Source of the DNA: an uncultured Acidobacteriota bacterium
GTDB lineage: Bacteria; Acidobacteriota; Thermoanaerobaculia; Gp7-AA8
Reading direction: 5' to 3'
Assembly (NCBI GenBank): GCA_963822445.1
Contig: CAWGHO010000001.1
Span: 1,024,001-1,088,000, forward strand
DNA length: 64,000 nt
Below the pieces are notes generated by a model that searched no databases, was not told where the DNA came from, and saw only the letters and a program-made list of their open reading frames with translations. A program made the translations under genes and the position numbers. Positions 18,676 through 28,523 of the stretch are shown here, piece after piece; the stretch's first letter is position 1, and each line of letters begins with the position of its first letter.

Positions 18676-19323
18676 ATGAATCTCGACGCACGCATTGCCG
18701 ACAAGCACCTCCTCGACCACCCCTTCTATCAGCGCTGGACCTGCGGCACGCTCACCAAAGCAGAGCTCCAGGACTACGCGCGGAACTACTTCCATTACGC
18801 CATGGCCTTCCCCACCTTCATCTCGGCCATGCACCAGCACACCGACGACATCGCCACGCGGCAGATGCTCCTCGAGAATCTCATCGAGGAAGAGCGCGGT
18901 CCCGAGAATCACCCCGAGCTCTGGCTTCGCTTCTGCGAATCCCTCGGCCTCGACCGCGATGACGTCAAAGCCGGCTCGCCGAACGACGCCACCCGTTCCC
19001 TCATCTCGACGATGAAGTCGCTGGCGCGCGAAGGCGCGCTGCATGAAGGTCTGGCCTCGCTCTACGCGTACGAGTCGCAGATCCCCTCGGTGGCCAAGGC
19101 CAAGATCGAAGGGCTGGCCAAGTGGTACGGCATCTCCTCCGATCGCGACATCGCCTTCTTCTCCGTGCACATGGAAGCGGACGTGAACCACTCCGCGACC
19201 TCGCGCGAGATCCTGGGCAACCTCTGCGACACGCCGGAGAAAGCGACGCAGGCTGAACAGGCCGCGGGGCGCACGCTCGACGCGCTCTATTCGTTCCTGG
19301 ACTCCGTTACCGCCACCAACTGA
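18676..19323 (+). CDS. CADD/CT610-like (TenA/PqqC fold) dimetal oxidase
   Basis: HPFYQRW, NLIEEE..NHPELW, LYAYESQIP, KIEGL and HMEADVNH match the CADD motif pattern. Confidence 0.88.
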   Translation: MNLDARIADKHLLDHPFYQRWTCGTLTKAELQDYARNYFHYAMAFPTFISAMHQHTDDIATRQMLLENLIEEERGPENHPELWLRFCESLGLDRDDVKAGSPNDATRSLISTMKSLAREGALHEGLASLYAYESQIPSVAKAKIEGLAKWYGISSDRDIAFFSVHMEADVNHSATSREILGNLCDTPEKATQAEQAAGRTLDALYSFLDSVTATN

Positions 19324-19327
19324 CCTC

Positions 19328-20593
19328 ATGACGCGAGCGATCGCGTTTCTCCTCGCAATCACGATCTCCCTTCCGGCCGTTGCGGCGCCCCGGCGCCGCG
19401 CGGTCGCGAAGCCGGTCTTGGACACCTCGACGGTCCGCGGCTGGCTCGAGAAGCACGCGTACCCGCTCACCGCGACCGAGCTCACGCCGTATTCGTACGA
19501 CCTCGAGCCGCTGCGCTCGATGATCGGCGATGCGACCCTCGTGGGCCTCGGCGACGGGACGCACGGAACGCACGAGTACTACACCGTCAAGCTGCGGCTG
19601 ATCGATTTCCTCGTGCGGGAGATGGGTTTCACCGCCATCGGGTTCGAGGCGCCTTATCCGATCTTCGAGCGCCTGAATCAGTACGTCCTGGGCGGCCCTG
19701 GCGACCCGCGGGCCATTCTTCGCGAGGCGCGCGTGCGGCTGTTCTACGTTTTCTGGGATGTCGAAGAGCTGCTGGCCGTCATCGAGTGGGCGCGTGACTA
19801 CAACCTGCACCGCGGCGGCAAACCGCCTGTTGAGATCAACGGCTTCGACATCTTCGACTGGCCTGCTGCAGCCGACGCCATCGTCGCCTACCTGCGGACG
19901 GTGGATCCCGCTGCCGCGGCGACTGCCGAAGCCGATTACGCTTGCGCACGGGGCGGAGCAACCAACGACACCTGCCGCGCGAAGGTGGAGGGCGCCAACG
20001 ACCGTCTGCGAGCGAACCGCGACGCGTACTCCGCTTCCGGCGCGCGAGCGTACGCCGATGCGCTCCGCCACGCGGAGATCCTCGAGCAGTATTTCAAGCT
20101 CACCCGCGACCGGTTCGACCGCGACCATCTCATGTCGCTGAACGCGCTCTGGTCTCTCGAACATCGCGGCAAGACCATCCTCTGGGCCCATCAGGAGCAC
20201 CTCGGCAACAGCCCGGCTTCGAATTTCCTGCAAGGCGGACGGCCGATGGGCCACCGCCTCGCCGAAGCACTGGGCGACGACTACTTCACCATCGCCACGC
20301 TCAGCAGCAACGCGCGCTTTCTGCTGTGGTCCGTGCCGGGCAACAACGCATACGTCGAAACGTTCGCCGCGCCGCCGGAGAGCTCGTACGAGTGGTACTT
20401 CAGTCAGCGCGGCCTGCCGGCGCTGCTCATCCCGTTGCGAGGCGCGCTCCCCTCGTGGCTCATCGGACCGGCGCAGTACCACACCGTCGGGACGAACCTG
20501 CTCGTGGCGCCGCAGGTCGTGGAATCGCTGCCGGCGAAGTTCGACGCCGTCATTTACATCGAGACCACTACGCCGACGAGGCCTTTACCTTAG
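19328..20593 (+). CDS. Erythromycin esterase family protein, secreted
   Basis: GLGDGTHGTHE, GFTAIGFE, RDHLM, LWAHQEH, MGHRL and FDAVIYI motifs. Confidence 0.85.
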   Translation: MTRAIAFLLAITISLPAVAAPRRRAVAKPVLDTSTVRGWLEKHAYPLTATELTPYSYDLEPLRSMIGDATLVGLGDGTHGTHEYYTVKLRLIDFLVREMGFTAIGFEAPYPIFERLNQYVLGGPGDPRAILREARVRLFYVFWDVEELLAVIEWARDYNLHRGGKPPVEINGFDIFDWPAAADAIVAYLRTVDPAAAATAEADYACARGGATNDTCRAKVEGANDRLRANRDAYSASGARAYADALRHAEILEQYFKLTRDRFDRDHLMSLNALWSLEHRGKTILWAHQEHLGNSPASNFLQGGRPMGHRLAEALGDDYFTIATLSSNARFLLWSVPGNNAYVETFAAPPESSYEWYFSQRGLPALLIPLRGALPSWLIGPAQYHTVGTNLLVAPQVVESLPAKFDAVIYIETTTPTRPLP

Positions 20594-22007
20594 TCGGCCA
20601 GCCTCGCTGCCTCACCTCTTCGAACGGCACCAGCGCGTTCGCGTAGTAATCGCGCAGCAAACGCTCGTTGGGATTCCATTGCCACGCGTCTTCGAGGGTC
20701 GGCATGCCGCCCTGATCGAACAGCTCGTCGTGCCATTGCTCGACCGGTACGAGAAGGTGCCTTAGCTCGAGGACGAACCGCGCGGCCTTCCAGATTTCCA
20801 CGGGCGTCTTCTCGCGCAGCAGCCAGGTGCGCTCGCGCCATTCCTCGCGAAGGCGCGTGATCTCGGCGAGCATCTGTTGCTCGGTCAGCACCTCGCGGCG
20901 GGTGAAGGCCGTGGCCACGAGCGTCACCGGCGTCACCGGCAGCGCGTTCGAGATCTCCGACATCACCAGCTCCGCCAGCCGCTGCACTTCCGGCTTCCGG
21001 GTCGCGAACGCCTCGGACATCACATCCGGATGCGCGCGCGCGAACTCGTCGACCGAGATCGGCTCGCCGAAGGTCACGATCGCGTAGCCGTACCGCTTGA
21101 ACCGCTTGAACAGACCGCGAAAGAAATTCCGGAAGAGATAGTCGAACGTCGTTTTGAGCTTCTCTCCTTTGGTGGAGCGGTCTTCCTTGCCGAGGAGCTC
21201 TTCGGTTAGGTTGCGGTCCTCGAGGACCCGGTCGTAATTGACGGCGGTGGGGATGATGTACAGCGGCGCGGTGAACGTCGGATCGCGCTTCGCTGAGACC
21301 AGATAGTCGAGCATGCCCAGCTTCGGCTTCTGAAACGCGCCGTCGCGGGACAAGCCGCCCTCGATGAAGATCCCCTGCGTCACGCCGTGCTTGGTAATCG
21401 TCTGCACAAACTTCGAGAGAATCGCGTGATACAGCGGCTCGCGATGATTGCGGCGGACGAAGTAGCCGCCGAACCATTTGAAGACGTGATTCAGCGGCCA
21501 CACCCTCGCCCACTCACCGATCGCGTAGGACAGGGAAATGAACTTGAAGAGCATGTGCGCGACGAGGACGTAGTCCGCGTTCGAACGATGGTTGATGACG
21601 TAGACCACCGCCGCGCCTTTCCTGCGCTCGGTGAAATCGCGGATCGGTTTCCGCTCGACGACCACGCGGTAGAGGAAGTGCATGATCGCCCGGGCGATCG
21701 GCGCGCCGATGCGGTAGTACGCCAGCAGGTTGAACTTCGGAACGATCTCCCGCAGATACGCCTTGGCCTGGCGCGTGGCCTGTTCGATCGAGACGTGATG
21801 GTCGCGCGCGTAGTTCTGCACGGCCTCGACGATCTCCCGGCTTCCGAAGACTTCCAGCTCGATCTCGGCGTGGCGGCGCTTCAGTTTGAAGCGGTCGACG
21901 CGGATGCGGCGCTCGCGCTGATACCGGCGCGCGTGACGCTTTCCGAATGCCACGGCCGCAACGACGGCGATGGCCAGAACCACCGCGGCTAGAATGACTG
22001 AATTCAT
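20568..22007 (-). CDS. Glycerol-3-phosphate acyltransferase (PlsB/PlsC superfamily)
   Basis: NHRSNAD (HX4D), GYFVRR and FIEGGLSRDG motifs; N-terminal TM. Confidence 0.85.
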   Translation of the reverse strand: MNSVILAAVVLAIAVVAAVAFGKRHARRYQRERRIRVDRFKLKRRHAEIELEVFGSREIVEAVQNYARDHHVSIEQATRQAKAYLREIVPKFNLLAYYRIGAPIARAIMHFLYRVVVERKPIRDFTERRKGAAVVYVINHRSNADYVLVAHMLFKFISLSYAIGEWARVWPLNHVFKWFGGYFVRRNHREPLYHAILSKFVQTITKHGVTQGIFIEGGLSRDGAFQKPKLGMLDYLVSAKRDPTFTAPLYIIPTAVNYDRVLEDRNLTEELLGKEDRSTKGEKLKTTFDYLFRNFFRGLFKRFKRYGYAIVTFGEPISVDEFARAHPDVMSEAFATRKPEVQRLAELVMSEISNALPVTPVTLVATAFTRREVLTEQQMLAEITRLREEWRERTWLLREKTPVEIWKAARFVLELRHLLVPVEQWHDELFDQGGMPTLEDAWQWNPNERLLRDYYANALVPFEEVRQRGWPTKVKASSA

Positions 22008-22025
22008 GATGGAGGCGAAAAGTGT

Positions 22026-23759
22026 ATGACGGTCACGACTTCCGTATCACCCGCGCTTAACACACTGGTCTACCCGTCCGCACCGCAGCCGCAGTATCCC
22101 GAGCTGTCGAATCCGCGCTACAGCCCGACCACGCATCCGCTGGGCGTGTGCTTTTCCGGCGGCGGTCCGCGGTCCTTCGCGGCGTCGATCGGACAGATGC
22201 GCGCGCTGCGCAGCTCGAAGCTTTACGACCTGATCGGCGCGATCTCCGTCGTCTCGGGCGGAAGCTGGTTCGGCTCGCTCTTCACCTTCGCCGATCCCAC
22301 GATCGGCGACGACCTGCTCCTCGGCCCGCTCGTCAAGCCGGGCGACATCAAGCTGAACGCCATCGCCTCGGTCCCTCACACCTGCATCGGTTTCGGTCTG
22401 ACCCAGGCCAACAACAAGCGCATCTTCGACTCCATCGCCGGATCGTTGCTTCGCGGCGTAGCGTCGAATCGCCTCTACGCGCGGATTCTCAACTCGGTCT
22501 ACTGCAATCCCTTCAACATCGATGACGAGAACCGCTTCTTCTCCCTCGACGCGGCTTCGGTGGCGGCGGTCATCGCCAACAACACGCCCGGTTTGACTGC
22601 TGATGATTTCTACGTCGTGCGCGACAACCGGCCGTACATGATCGCTGGGGCCACGCAGGTCTATCCGGTCGACAAAGAGATCGTCATGCGGCACTTCGAA
22701 TACTCGCCGCTGTACGCCGGGACCGAACAGCTCTTCCAGAACGCGACGCCGAAAGGTCCGTTCGGCGGCGGATTCGTGCAGAGCTTCGCCATGGATTCGA
22801 GCGCGCCGCAGAAACCGAATGCGAACGGATTGATCACCGTCGACGCGCCGCTGCATCGCTTCACCATCTCCGACCTCATGGGCTCGAGCGGCGCCGCTCC
22901 CGGCTCGGTGCTGGACATGCTCGGCCTGCCGTCGCTCTTCGCCGAGTTCCACTACTGGCCGCCGCAGAGCGCCGGGGCGACGCCCGACCCGACCGTGCAG
23001 AAGATGAGCATCGTCGACGGCGGCGATCTCGAGAACACCGGCATCGTCGCGCTGCTGCGCCGCCAGTATCCGGTGATCGTCTGCTGCGTGAATACGTCCA
23101 CGCCGATGGATCCCGACTGGCAGAAGAACCCGAAGGACAAAGGCACCTACCAGGGCGTCGATGCACAGATCTCTGCCTTGTTCGGGTTCGAAGCCGCGGA
23201 GACCACCGCCACGCGCGAGGTGCGCATGCGCGCGGTCGAGGCGATGGCCGGCCCGGCACCGGCGGCGATGATGTCCATGGCTCCCGAGCTCCAGACTCCG
23301 AAAGCTCTGCGGATCAGCATCCCCCAGCAGCCGATTCAGGTCTTCCCGTCGGAGGACTGGACCGCGGTGCAGCAGGGCCTCATGAAAGCGCTCGCGAGTG
23401 GCGGACCGGTCTGGTACGCGAGCCAGCACACGATCTTCCCCGGCAATCCATTCGGCATCCCGCCCTATCCGAACGACGGCAAGGTCACGGTGATCTGGCT
23501 GTACAACCAGAAGATCGCCCAGTGGGTCTCCGCGCTCCAGCCCGACGTCCGCACGTTCCTCGGCAACACGTCCAAGCGGAACAGAATGACGAACTTCCCG
23601 AACTACGACACGGTCTTTCAGAACCGCGATCTGATCGGGATCCCGGAGCTGCTCCTGCTCACGCCGCAGCAGGTGAATCTGCTCGCGGACATGTGGAGTT
23701 GGGCGGTGCTGGAAATCGAGGACGCGATTCAGAAGGTGGTCGACGCCGCCGGGAAGTGA
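22026..23759 (+). CDS. cPLA2/patatin-like phospholipase
   Basis: SGGGPRS oxyanion motif, VSGGSW nucleophile, VDGG catalytic Asp. Confidence 0.72.
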   Translation: MTVTTSVSPALNTLVYPSAPQPQYPELSNPRYSPTTHPLGVCFSGGGPRSFAASIGQMRALRSSKLYDLIGAISVVSGGSWFGSLFTFADPTIGDDLLLGPLVKPGDIKLNAIASVPHTCIGFGLTQANNKRIFDSIAGSLLRGVASNRLYARILNSVYCNPFNIDDENRFFSLDAASVAAVIANNTPGLTADDFYVVRDNRPYMIAGATQVYPVDKEIVMRHFEYSPLYAGTEQLFQNATPKGPFGGGFVQSFAMDSSAPQKPNANGLITVDAPLHRFTISDLMGSSGAAPGSVLDMLGLPSLFAEFHYWPPQSAGATPDPTVQKMSIVDGGDLENTGIVALLRRQYPVIVCCVNTSTPMDPDWQKNPKDKGTYQGVDAQISALFGFEAAETTATREVRMRAVEAMAGPAPAAMMSMAPELQTPKALRISIPQQPIQVFPSEDWTAVQQGLMKALASGGPVWYASQHTIFPGNPFGIPPYPNDGKVTVIWLYNQKIAQWVSALQPDVRTFLGNTSKRNRMTNFPNYDTVFQNRDLIGIPELLLLTPQQVNLLADMWSWAVLEIEDAIQKVVDAAGK

Positions 23760-24193
23760 ACGGCGACGTTCGCGACGCCGTCCGCCTCCTGCCGCTCGAA
23801 TCGCCACTGCTTCACCGCGGAGACTGCCGCTTCCGACAACCCGCAAGGGAGCGTCTTGAGGACGCAGACGCCGCCGACCGTGCCGTCGCGCCGGATGCCG
23901 GCCTGCACGATCACCACGCCGGCGATCTTGTGCTTGCGCGCGGCGGCCGTCAGCCGCGGCTCGACGCGACGGATGACGACCGGATTGGCAATCCGTCGCA
24001 ATCTCGCGTCGCCCTGAAATTCAGGACATTTTTCACCTGACTCGGGACACGGCGACGGAGGTGTCGGAAACTCCGGCGGCGCCGCGAGCCGCGATACCTC
24101 GAACAGCGTGTCGCGGCGCTCCTGATACCCGGCCAGGACGACGGCGATGATGAGGATCAGCACCGCCAGGATGAGAACGAATGCGGACTTCAT
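23729..24193 (-). CDS. TonB C-terminal domain protein
   Basis: N-terminal TM; VEPR..AR..GVVIV and AVKQWRF motifs. Confidence 0.75.
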   Translation of the reverse strand: MKSAFVLILAVLILIIAVVLAGYQERRDTLFEVSRLAAPPEFPTPPSPCPESGEKCPEFQGDARLRRIANPVVIRRVEPRLTAAARKHKIAGVVIVQAGIRRDGTVGGVCVLKTLPCGLSEAAVSAVKQWRFERQEADGVANVAVHFPAASTTF

Positions 24194-24627
24194 GGCCGTC
24201 CGAGCTCCATCTGGAGCACACGGCCCCGCGGCGGCGTGTGCACGAGCATGGGCGCCATCACCAGCATCGCGCCCTGCGGGAGCGTGAGATCGGCGATCGG
24301 CCCCGAAGCCGCGAGACGCGCGATCTCATCGTCGGTCAGCTTGCCCTGGCGATGGCTCATCGGAATCACGCGCATCCCTCCGCCGCCGGGATCGAGAGGC
24401 ACTCGCACGATGGTCACCTCACCATTCTGAAACCAACCCTCGGCATCGCCATCGAGGACGCTTGCATTGGCGACGACCAGCCCCGGCTCGCCGATTTCAG
24501 CCTGGAAACGGGGATCGCGAACCATGGCGTCGACCGTGGGCCGGATCGACTCGACGATCCGCTCGCAGGCACTGTCGGAGAGGACCAGGTCCGCGATGCT
24601 GTAGCCGTGGCGGTGAAGGTCGGGCAT
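24190..24627 (-). CDS. Short PhyH/2OG-dioxygenase-like hypothetical protein
   Basis: MRVIPMSHRQGKL and GAMLVMAPMLVH segments. The HxD motif is not evident. Confidence 0.5.
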   Translation of the reverse strand: MPDLHRHGYSIADLVLSDSACERIVESIRPTVDAMVRDPRFQAEIGEPGLVVANASVLDGDAEGWFQNGEVTIVRVPLDPGGGGMRVIPMSHRQGKLTDDEIARLAASGPIADLTLPQGAMLVMAPMLVHTPPRGRVLQMELGRP

Positions 24628-24633
24628 CGATCG

Positions 24634-24717
24634 AGTGGCTAGTCGTTAGTAGCTAGTCGTTAGTAGCCCTGACGTTCAGCCGTTCTACTAACGACTAACG
24701 ACTAATCACTAGCGACT
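24634..24717. repeat. Inverted pair of 7-mer tandem repeats (TAGTCGT/ACGACTA)
   Basis: Seen directly in the intergenic sequence. Confidence 0.8.
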
Positions 24718-24720
24718 TGA

Positions 24721-24954
24721 TCACACCTTGCTCAACTCGTCATCGAGAAACCGCAGCGCGTTCTCGAGGGCCGTCTTGTGCACCGTCGAGCGCGCCGCCT
24801 TGAGCTCGCCTTCGACGCGCCGCCGGGACATTTCCAGCGACTCCCGTTTCGACCGCCGCTCGATCTCCTGAGGGGACTCGCGTTCCCGCGTGCCCCGCTC
24901 GAATACCTCGGCCTGCTGCGACTCGACCGACTTGCTCTCGAATCCGCGCGCCAT
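24721..24954 (-). CDS. Small conserved-looking hypothetical protein
   Basis: GGAGG RBS; MARGFESKSVESQQ start; helical. Confidence 0.72.
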   Translation of the reverse strand: MARGFESKSVESQQAEVFERGTRERESPQEIERRSKRESLEMSRRRVEGELKAARSTVHKTALENALRFLDDELSKV

Positions 24955-25036
24955 GGGAATCCCTCCTGCGAGAATAACGCCCGACCCCTTCCCGTTGCGG
25001 TAGGGCCAGCTAAATCCAATTACAGAAAGAGTTTAA

Positions 25037-26263
25037 ATGCCATTCAGTACCCTCGGACTCGGTCCGAAGCTTCTTCAGGCCGTCCGCGAGACCGGCTACA
25101 CAACGCCGACTCCCATTCAGTCCGCCGCCATCCCCCACGTGCTCGGCGGCCACGATCTCATCGGAATCGCTCAGACCGGCACCGGAAAAACCGCTGCCTT
25201 CGTCCTCCCCCTCCTCGAGAAAATCGGCCACGCGCAGCCGAATGCCGGCCCGCGCGTCCTCATCGTCGCTCCGACCCGCGAGCTCGCCGCCCAGATCGAC
25301 GAGACCGTCCGCGATCTCTCCAAACACCTGCGCGTCCGGCGCGTCACCGTCTTCGGCGGCGTCGGTGAGACCCCACAGATTCAGGCCCTTCGCCGCGGCG
25401 TCGACGTCGTCGTCGCGACCCCCGGCCGGCTCCTCGACCTCATGGGCGCGGGCCGCGTCTCGCTCCAGCATGTGAAGCACCTCGTCCTCGACGAAGCCGA
25501 TCGCATGCTGGACATGGGCTTCCTTCCGCAGATCAAGCGGATCGTCAACGCCGTTCCGCGCGAGCGCCAGACGCTGCTCTTTTCGGCCACGCTCTCGCGT
25601 GACATCGAGAAGATCACCGCCGAGTTCCTGCGCGAGCCGAAACTCGTCGAGATCGGACGCCGCGCGAATCCTGCCGAGACCGTCGAACAGTTCCTCTACC
25701 CCGTCAGCAAAAGCCGCAAGATCGATCTTCTGCTCACGCTCCTGCGCGATCAGTCGCTCGACAGCGTCCTCGTTTTCTCACGCACCAAGCATGGCGCCGA
25801 CAAGATCTCCCGCAAGCTGCAGGCGGCGAAGATCGAGACCGCGACCCTGCACTCGAATCGCTCCCAGAGCCAGCGCACGCAGGCCCTGGCCGCGTTCAAG
25901 ACCGGCCGTTGCCGCGTGCTCGTGGCGACGGACATCGCCGCGCGCGGAATCGACGTCGCGGCCATCTCTCACGTCATCAACTTCGATTTCCCGATGCACC
26001 CCGAGGATTACGTTCATCGGATCGGGCGGACGGGACGGGCGGCTGCGGAGGGAGATGCGATCAGTTTCGTGACACCCGACGACGAGCCGAGCGTCCGCGA
26101 TCTCGAGAAGATGATCGGCCGCAAGGTCGCCCGGAAGAAGGTCGCCGGCTTCGACTACTCGGACGCGCCGGCGATCGTCTCCTACCACCACAACGCCAGC
26201 CACCGTGCCCCGCAGCAGCGCAATTCGCGCCCGCCGCAGCGCCAGGAGCGCCGCCGGGCGTAA
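25037..26263 (+). CDS. rhlE: DEAD-box RNA helicase (RhlE-like)
   Basis: Q motif, AQTGTGKT, PTRELA, DEAD, SAT and HRIGRTGR motifs. Confidence 0.93.
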   Translation: MPFSTLGLGPKLLQAVRETGYTTPTPIQSAAIPHVLGGHDLIGIAQTGTGKTAAFVLPLLEKIGHAQPNAGPRVLIVAPTRELAAQIDETVRDLSKHLRVRRVTVFGGVGETPQIQALRRGVDVVVATPGRLLDLMGAGRVSLQHVKHLVLDEADRMLDMGFLPQIKRIVNAVPRERQTLLFSATLSRDIEKITAEFLREPKLVEIGRRANPAETVEQFLYPVSKSRKIDLLLTLLRDQSLDSVLVFSRTKHGADKISRKLQAAKIETATLHSNRSQSQRTQALAAFKTGRCRVLVATDIAARGIDVAAISHVINFDFPMHPEDYVHRIGRTGRAAAEGDAISFVTPDDEPSVRDLEKMIGRKVARKKVAGFDYSDAPAIVSYHHNASHRAPQQRNSRPPQRQERRRA

Positions 26264-26286
26264 GGTTCGCAACGCCGTCTCCGCAT

Positions 26287-26964
26287 ATGGCGCGAGCAAT
26301 GCCAGCGGAGGCGGCGGAATCGATTCTCGAGCACGGCTCGGCAACGTTTTTCTATCGTCCGCGAGTCGAGGAGCAGCATGCGGATGAGCTCGACGACGTC
26401 CAGCGGCTAATCATCGTCTTCGCGCCGCAGGGCGGGACGTTCGAGCGAGCCATCTCCATCGGCCGCAAGCGCCTTCCCCGGTCAGCGCGCCGCGATCGTT
26501 TCTGGGGCTTCGTCGACCTCGTCCTCACCCCGTACGACATGAACGCCGCCCTCGGCGCCCAGGTCTACGGAACCAAGACCCGCGGATTGCGCCACCTTCC
26601 CGCCGCGCAGCAGTTCGCGGACGGTGCGTACGAGCTCGCCTGGCACGGCGCGCACGCGCACCTGCGCTGGCAGATCGATCAGTTCGACGGCGAGGATCCC
26701 GTGGCCGCGAAGATCGAGCTCGAACGCGACGCGGACTACATCCTCACGGTCATGAACCCCGACCCGACGGTCTGGGGCCTCCTCGAGACACCCGATCTGC
26801 AGGCCCAGCTCTTCGACGACCTCGAGCTGCACGTCACCATCCCCACCCCGTTCCCGCCCGCCCTCCAGCAGCGTTTCGGCAACCGCAAATACGCGCAGGT
26901 CGATTCGCCGGAATGGCTCGACCACCCGGGCGCGGAGCTGGTGTTCGTCGGCGCCGGCGAGTAA
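26287..26964 (+). CDS. Hypothetical protein
   Basis: ILEHG..FFYRPRV and IGRKRLP..RFWGFVD segments, coding-like codon usage. Start uncertain (26287 or 26299). Confidence 0.7.
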   Translation: MARAMPAEAAESILEHGSATFFYRPRVEEQHADELDDVQRLIIVFAPQGGTFERAISIGRKRLPRSARRDRFWGFVDLVLTPYDMNAALGAQVYGTKTRGLRHLPAAQQFADGAYELAWHGAHAHLRWQIDQFDGEDPVAAKIELERDADYILTVMNPDPTVWGLLETPDLQAQLFDDLELHVTIPTPFPPALQQRFGNRKYAQVDSPEWLDHPGAELVFVGAGE

Positions 26965-26988
26965 CTTAGTCGCCTTCGGGAGGGGTCC

Positions 26989-27447
26989 ATGAATCGTCTG
27001 CAAGTCCAGTTGGGCTTCGTGCTGATCCTGTTGGCGCTGCTGACCGGCTTCGGCATGCCGCTGTTCACCAATCCGCGCCTCGGTCTCGCCGCCCACATCG
27101 TCGGAATCACCGGCGGCCTCGTCCTGATCGCGCTCGGCGCGCTCGCCGCCTCATTCAACCTCGGCCGGCGCTCATCGAAGGTGATGATGTGGTCCTGGGT
27201 CTACGCCGCCTACGCGAACTGGGTCGCGTCCGTGCTCGGCGCGATCACGGGAGCGAGCCGGCTCACGCCAATCGCCGGCGCAGCAACCACCGGCAGCTCA
27301 GCGGCCGAATCAGCCGTGGCGTTCCTGCTCGAAAGTCTCGCGGTCGCGGCGGTCGTGGGGACTGTGCTCGCGGTTTGGGGATTCCGGAAGGGGGCGGCGG
27401 TGCGGGCGGAGCAGCCGTTGACGGCGGGTTTGGCGCCCGAGGGGTGA
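26989..27447 (+). CDS. 4-TM membrane protein, StyC (styrene oxide isomerase)-like
   Basis: GGAGG RBS; NPRLGLAAH with a His in TM2; YANW. Confidence 0.6.
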   Translation: MNRLQVQLGFVLILLALLTGFGMPLFTNPRLGLAAHIVGITGGLVLIALGALAASFNLGRRSSKVMMWSWVYAAYANWVASVLGAITGASRLTPIAGAATTGSSAAESAVAFLLESLAVAAVVGTVLAVWGFRKGAAVRAEQPLTAGLAPEG

Positions 27448-27504
27448 TGATCGTTATACGCACGGTTGCTGGACTGTGCGTATAACGCCGAGCGTTGCCT
27501 CTCC

Positions 27505-27600
27505 CCCGTGTCATCCCGAGCGAAGTCGAGGGACCTGGGCGGCTGGGTGGCGCGCCGCCCGTGCCACTGGGTCCCTCGACTTCGCTCGGGATGACACGGG
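27505..27600. repeat. TGTCATCC-type REP-like inverted repeat
   Basis: 31-nt perfect arms CCCGTGTCATCCCGAGCGAAGTCGAGGGACC and its reverse complement. Confidence 0.85.
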
Positions 27601-27604
27601 AGAG

Positions 27605-28519
27605 TTACTCCAGTTCCGCCAGCACATTCCTCGTAATCGTCGGGATCAGGGTCTTGTCCCCTTCCGCGCCGCCGCTGCCGCGGGTGAAGATCACCAGGAT
27701 CCACTTCCGTCCGTTCGGCAGTTCGATGTACGCCGCGTCGTGGCGGACTTCGCTCGTCCAGCCGGCTTTCGACCAGAGCTTCGCGTCCGCCGGCAGCGCC
27801 TCGCCGATGAATTCCTTGATCTGATTCTCGTCCTCGCGCGGCGGTGCCAGCGGACGGTGAAGAAAATTCATCATCGCGTCGGCGCCCGGCGCGCGGCGCC
27901 GGACGATCCACAGCAACAACGACGCGGTCGCGTTCGCGGTGAGCTTGTTGCGATTCACGCGGTTCTCGCCGAGGACCTGGCGATCGACGCCGTAGGGGCC
28001 GAAGCTCCAGGGCTTCATCATCGCGCTGACGTTGTCGGTGTAGCCGAGGCGCTGGAAGCGGCGGTTGATCTCGCGGCGCTTCTCGATGTAGCGGCGCAGC
28101 GCGCGGCCTTCCAGTGACACACCGCCCGCCGTGCCGGCCAGGATGTCGACGATGTAGGCCGTCGCGTCGTTGTCGGAGACGACGATCATCTCCTTCATCG
28201 CCCGCTGCATGTCCGGCACGTTCGCGTTGCGCGTCGCGAAGACATCGGCGAGGAAGAACAGCTTGATCACCGAAGCGGGATAGAACGGCGCGTCGCCGTT
28301 CACGTCGCCGCGGGAGGTGATCCCCGGCTTGCTCACGTCGATCGCGCTGATGGCCAGATCCTCGGCCTTCAACTTCGGATACGCCTTCAGCGTCGCCTCC
28401 GCGGCGAGGCGGAGCTTCGCGGCGATCGCGGGATCGCGCGCGACGTCGGTGAACTCGCGAAAATCGGCGTGAGCCGCGATCGGAACGATCAGCCCAAGCA
28501 GCAGGAAGAGTCGGCGCAT
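27605..28519 (-). CDS. Class A beta-lactamase-like serine hydrolase
   Basis: PASVIK (SxxK), SDN and KAG motifs; signal peptide. Confidence 0.85.
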   Translation of the reverse strand: MRRLFLLLGLIVPIAAHADFREFTDVARDPAIAAKLRLAAEATLKAYPKLKAEDLAISAIDVSKPGITSRGDVNGDAPFYPASVIKLFFLADVFATRNANVPDMQRAMKEMIVVSDNDATAYIVDILAGTAGGVSLEGRALRRYIEKRREINRRFQRLGYTDNVSAMMKPWSFGPYGVDRQVLGENRVNRNKLTANATASLLLWIVRRRAPGADAMMNFLHRPLAPPREDENQIKEFIGEALPADAKLWSKAGWTSEVRHDAAYIELPNGRKWILVIFTRGSGGAEGDKTLIPTITRNVLAELE

Positions 28520-28523
28520 CGGC

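Noticed and set aside
27605-28519. Beta-lactamase-like and erythromycin-esterase-like (19328) genes as resistance determinants
   Set aside because: Family-level motifs only; such homologues are widespread and no mobile context is present.
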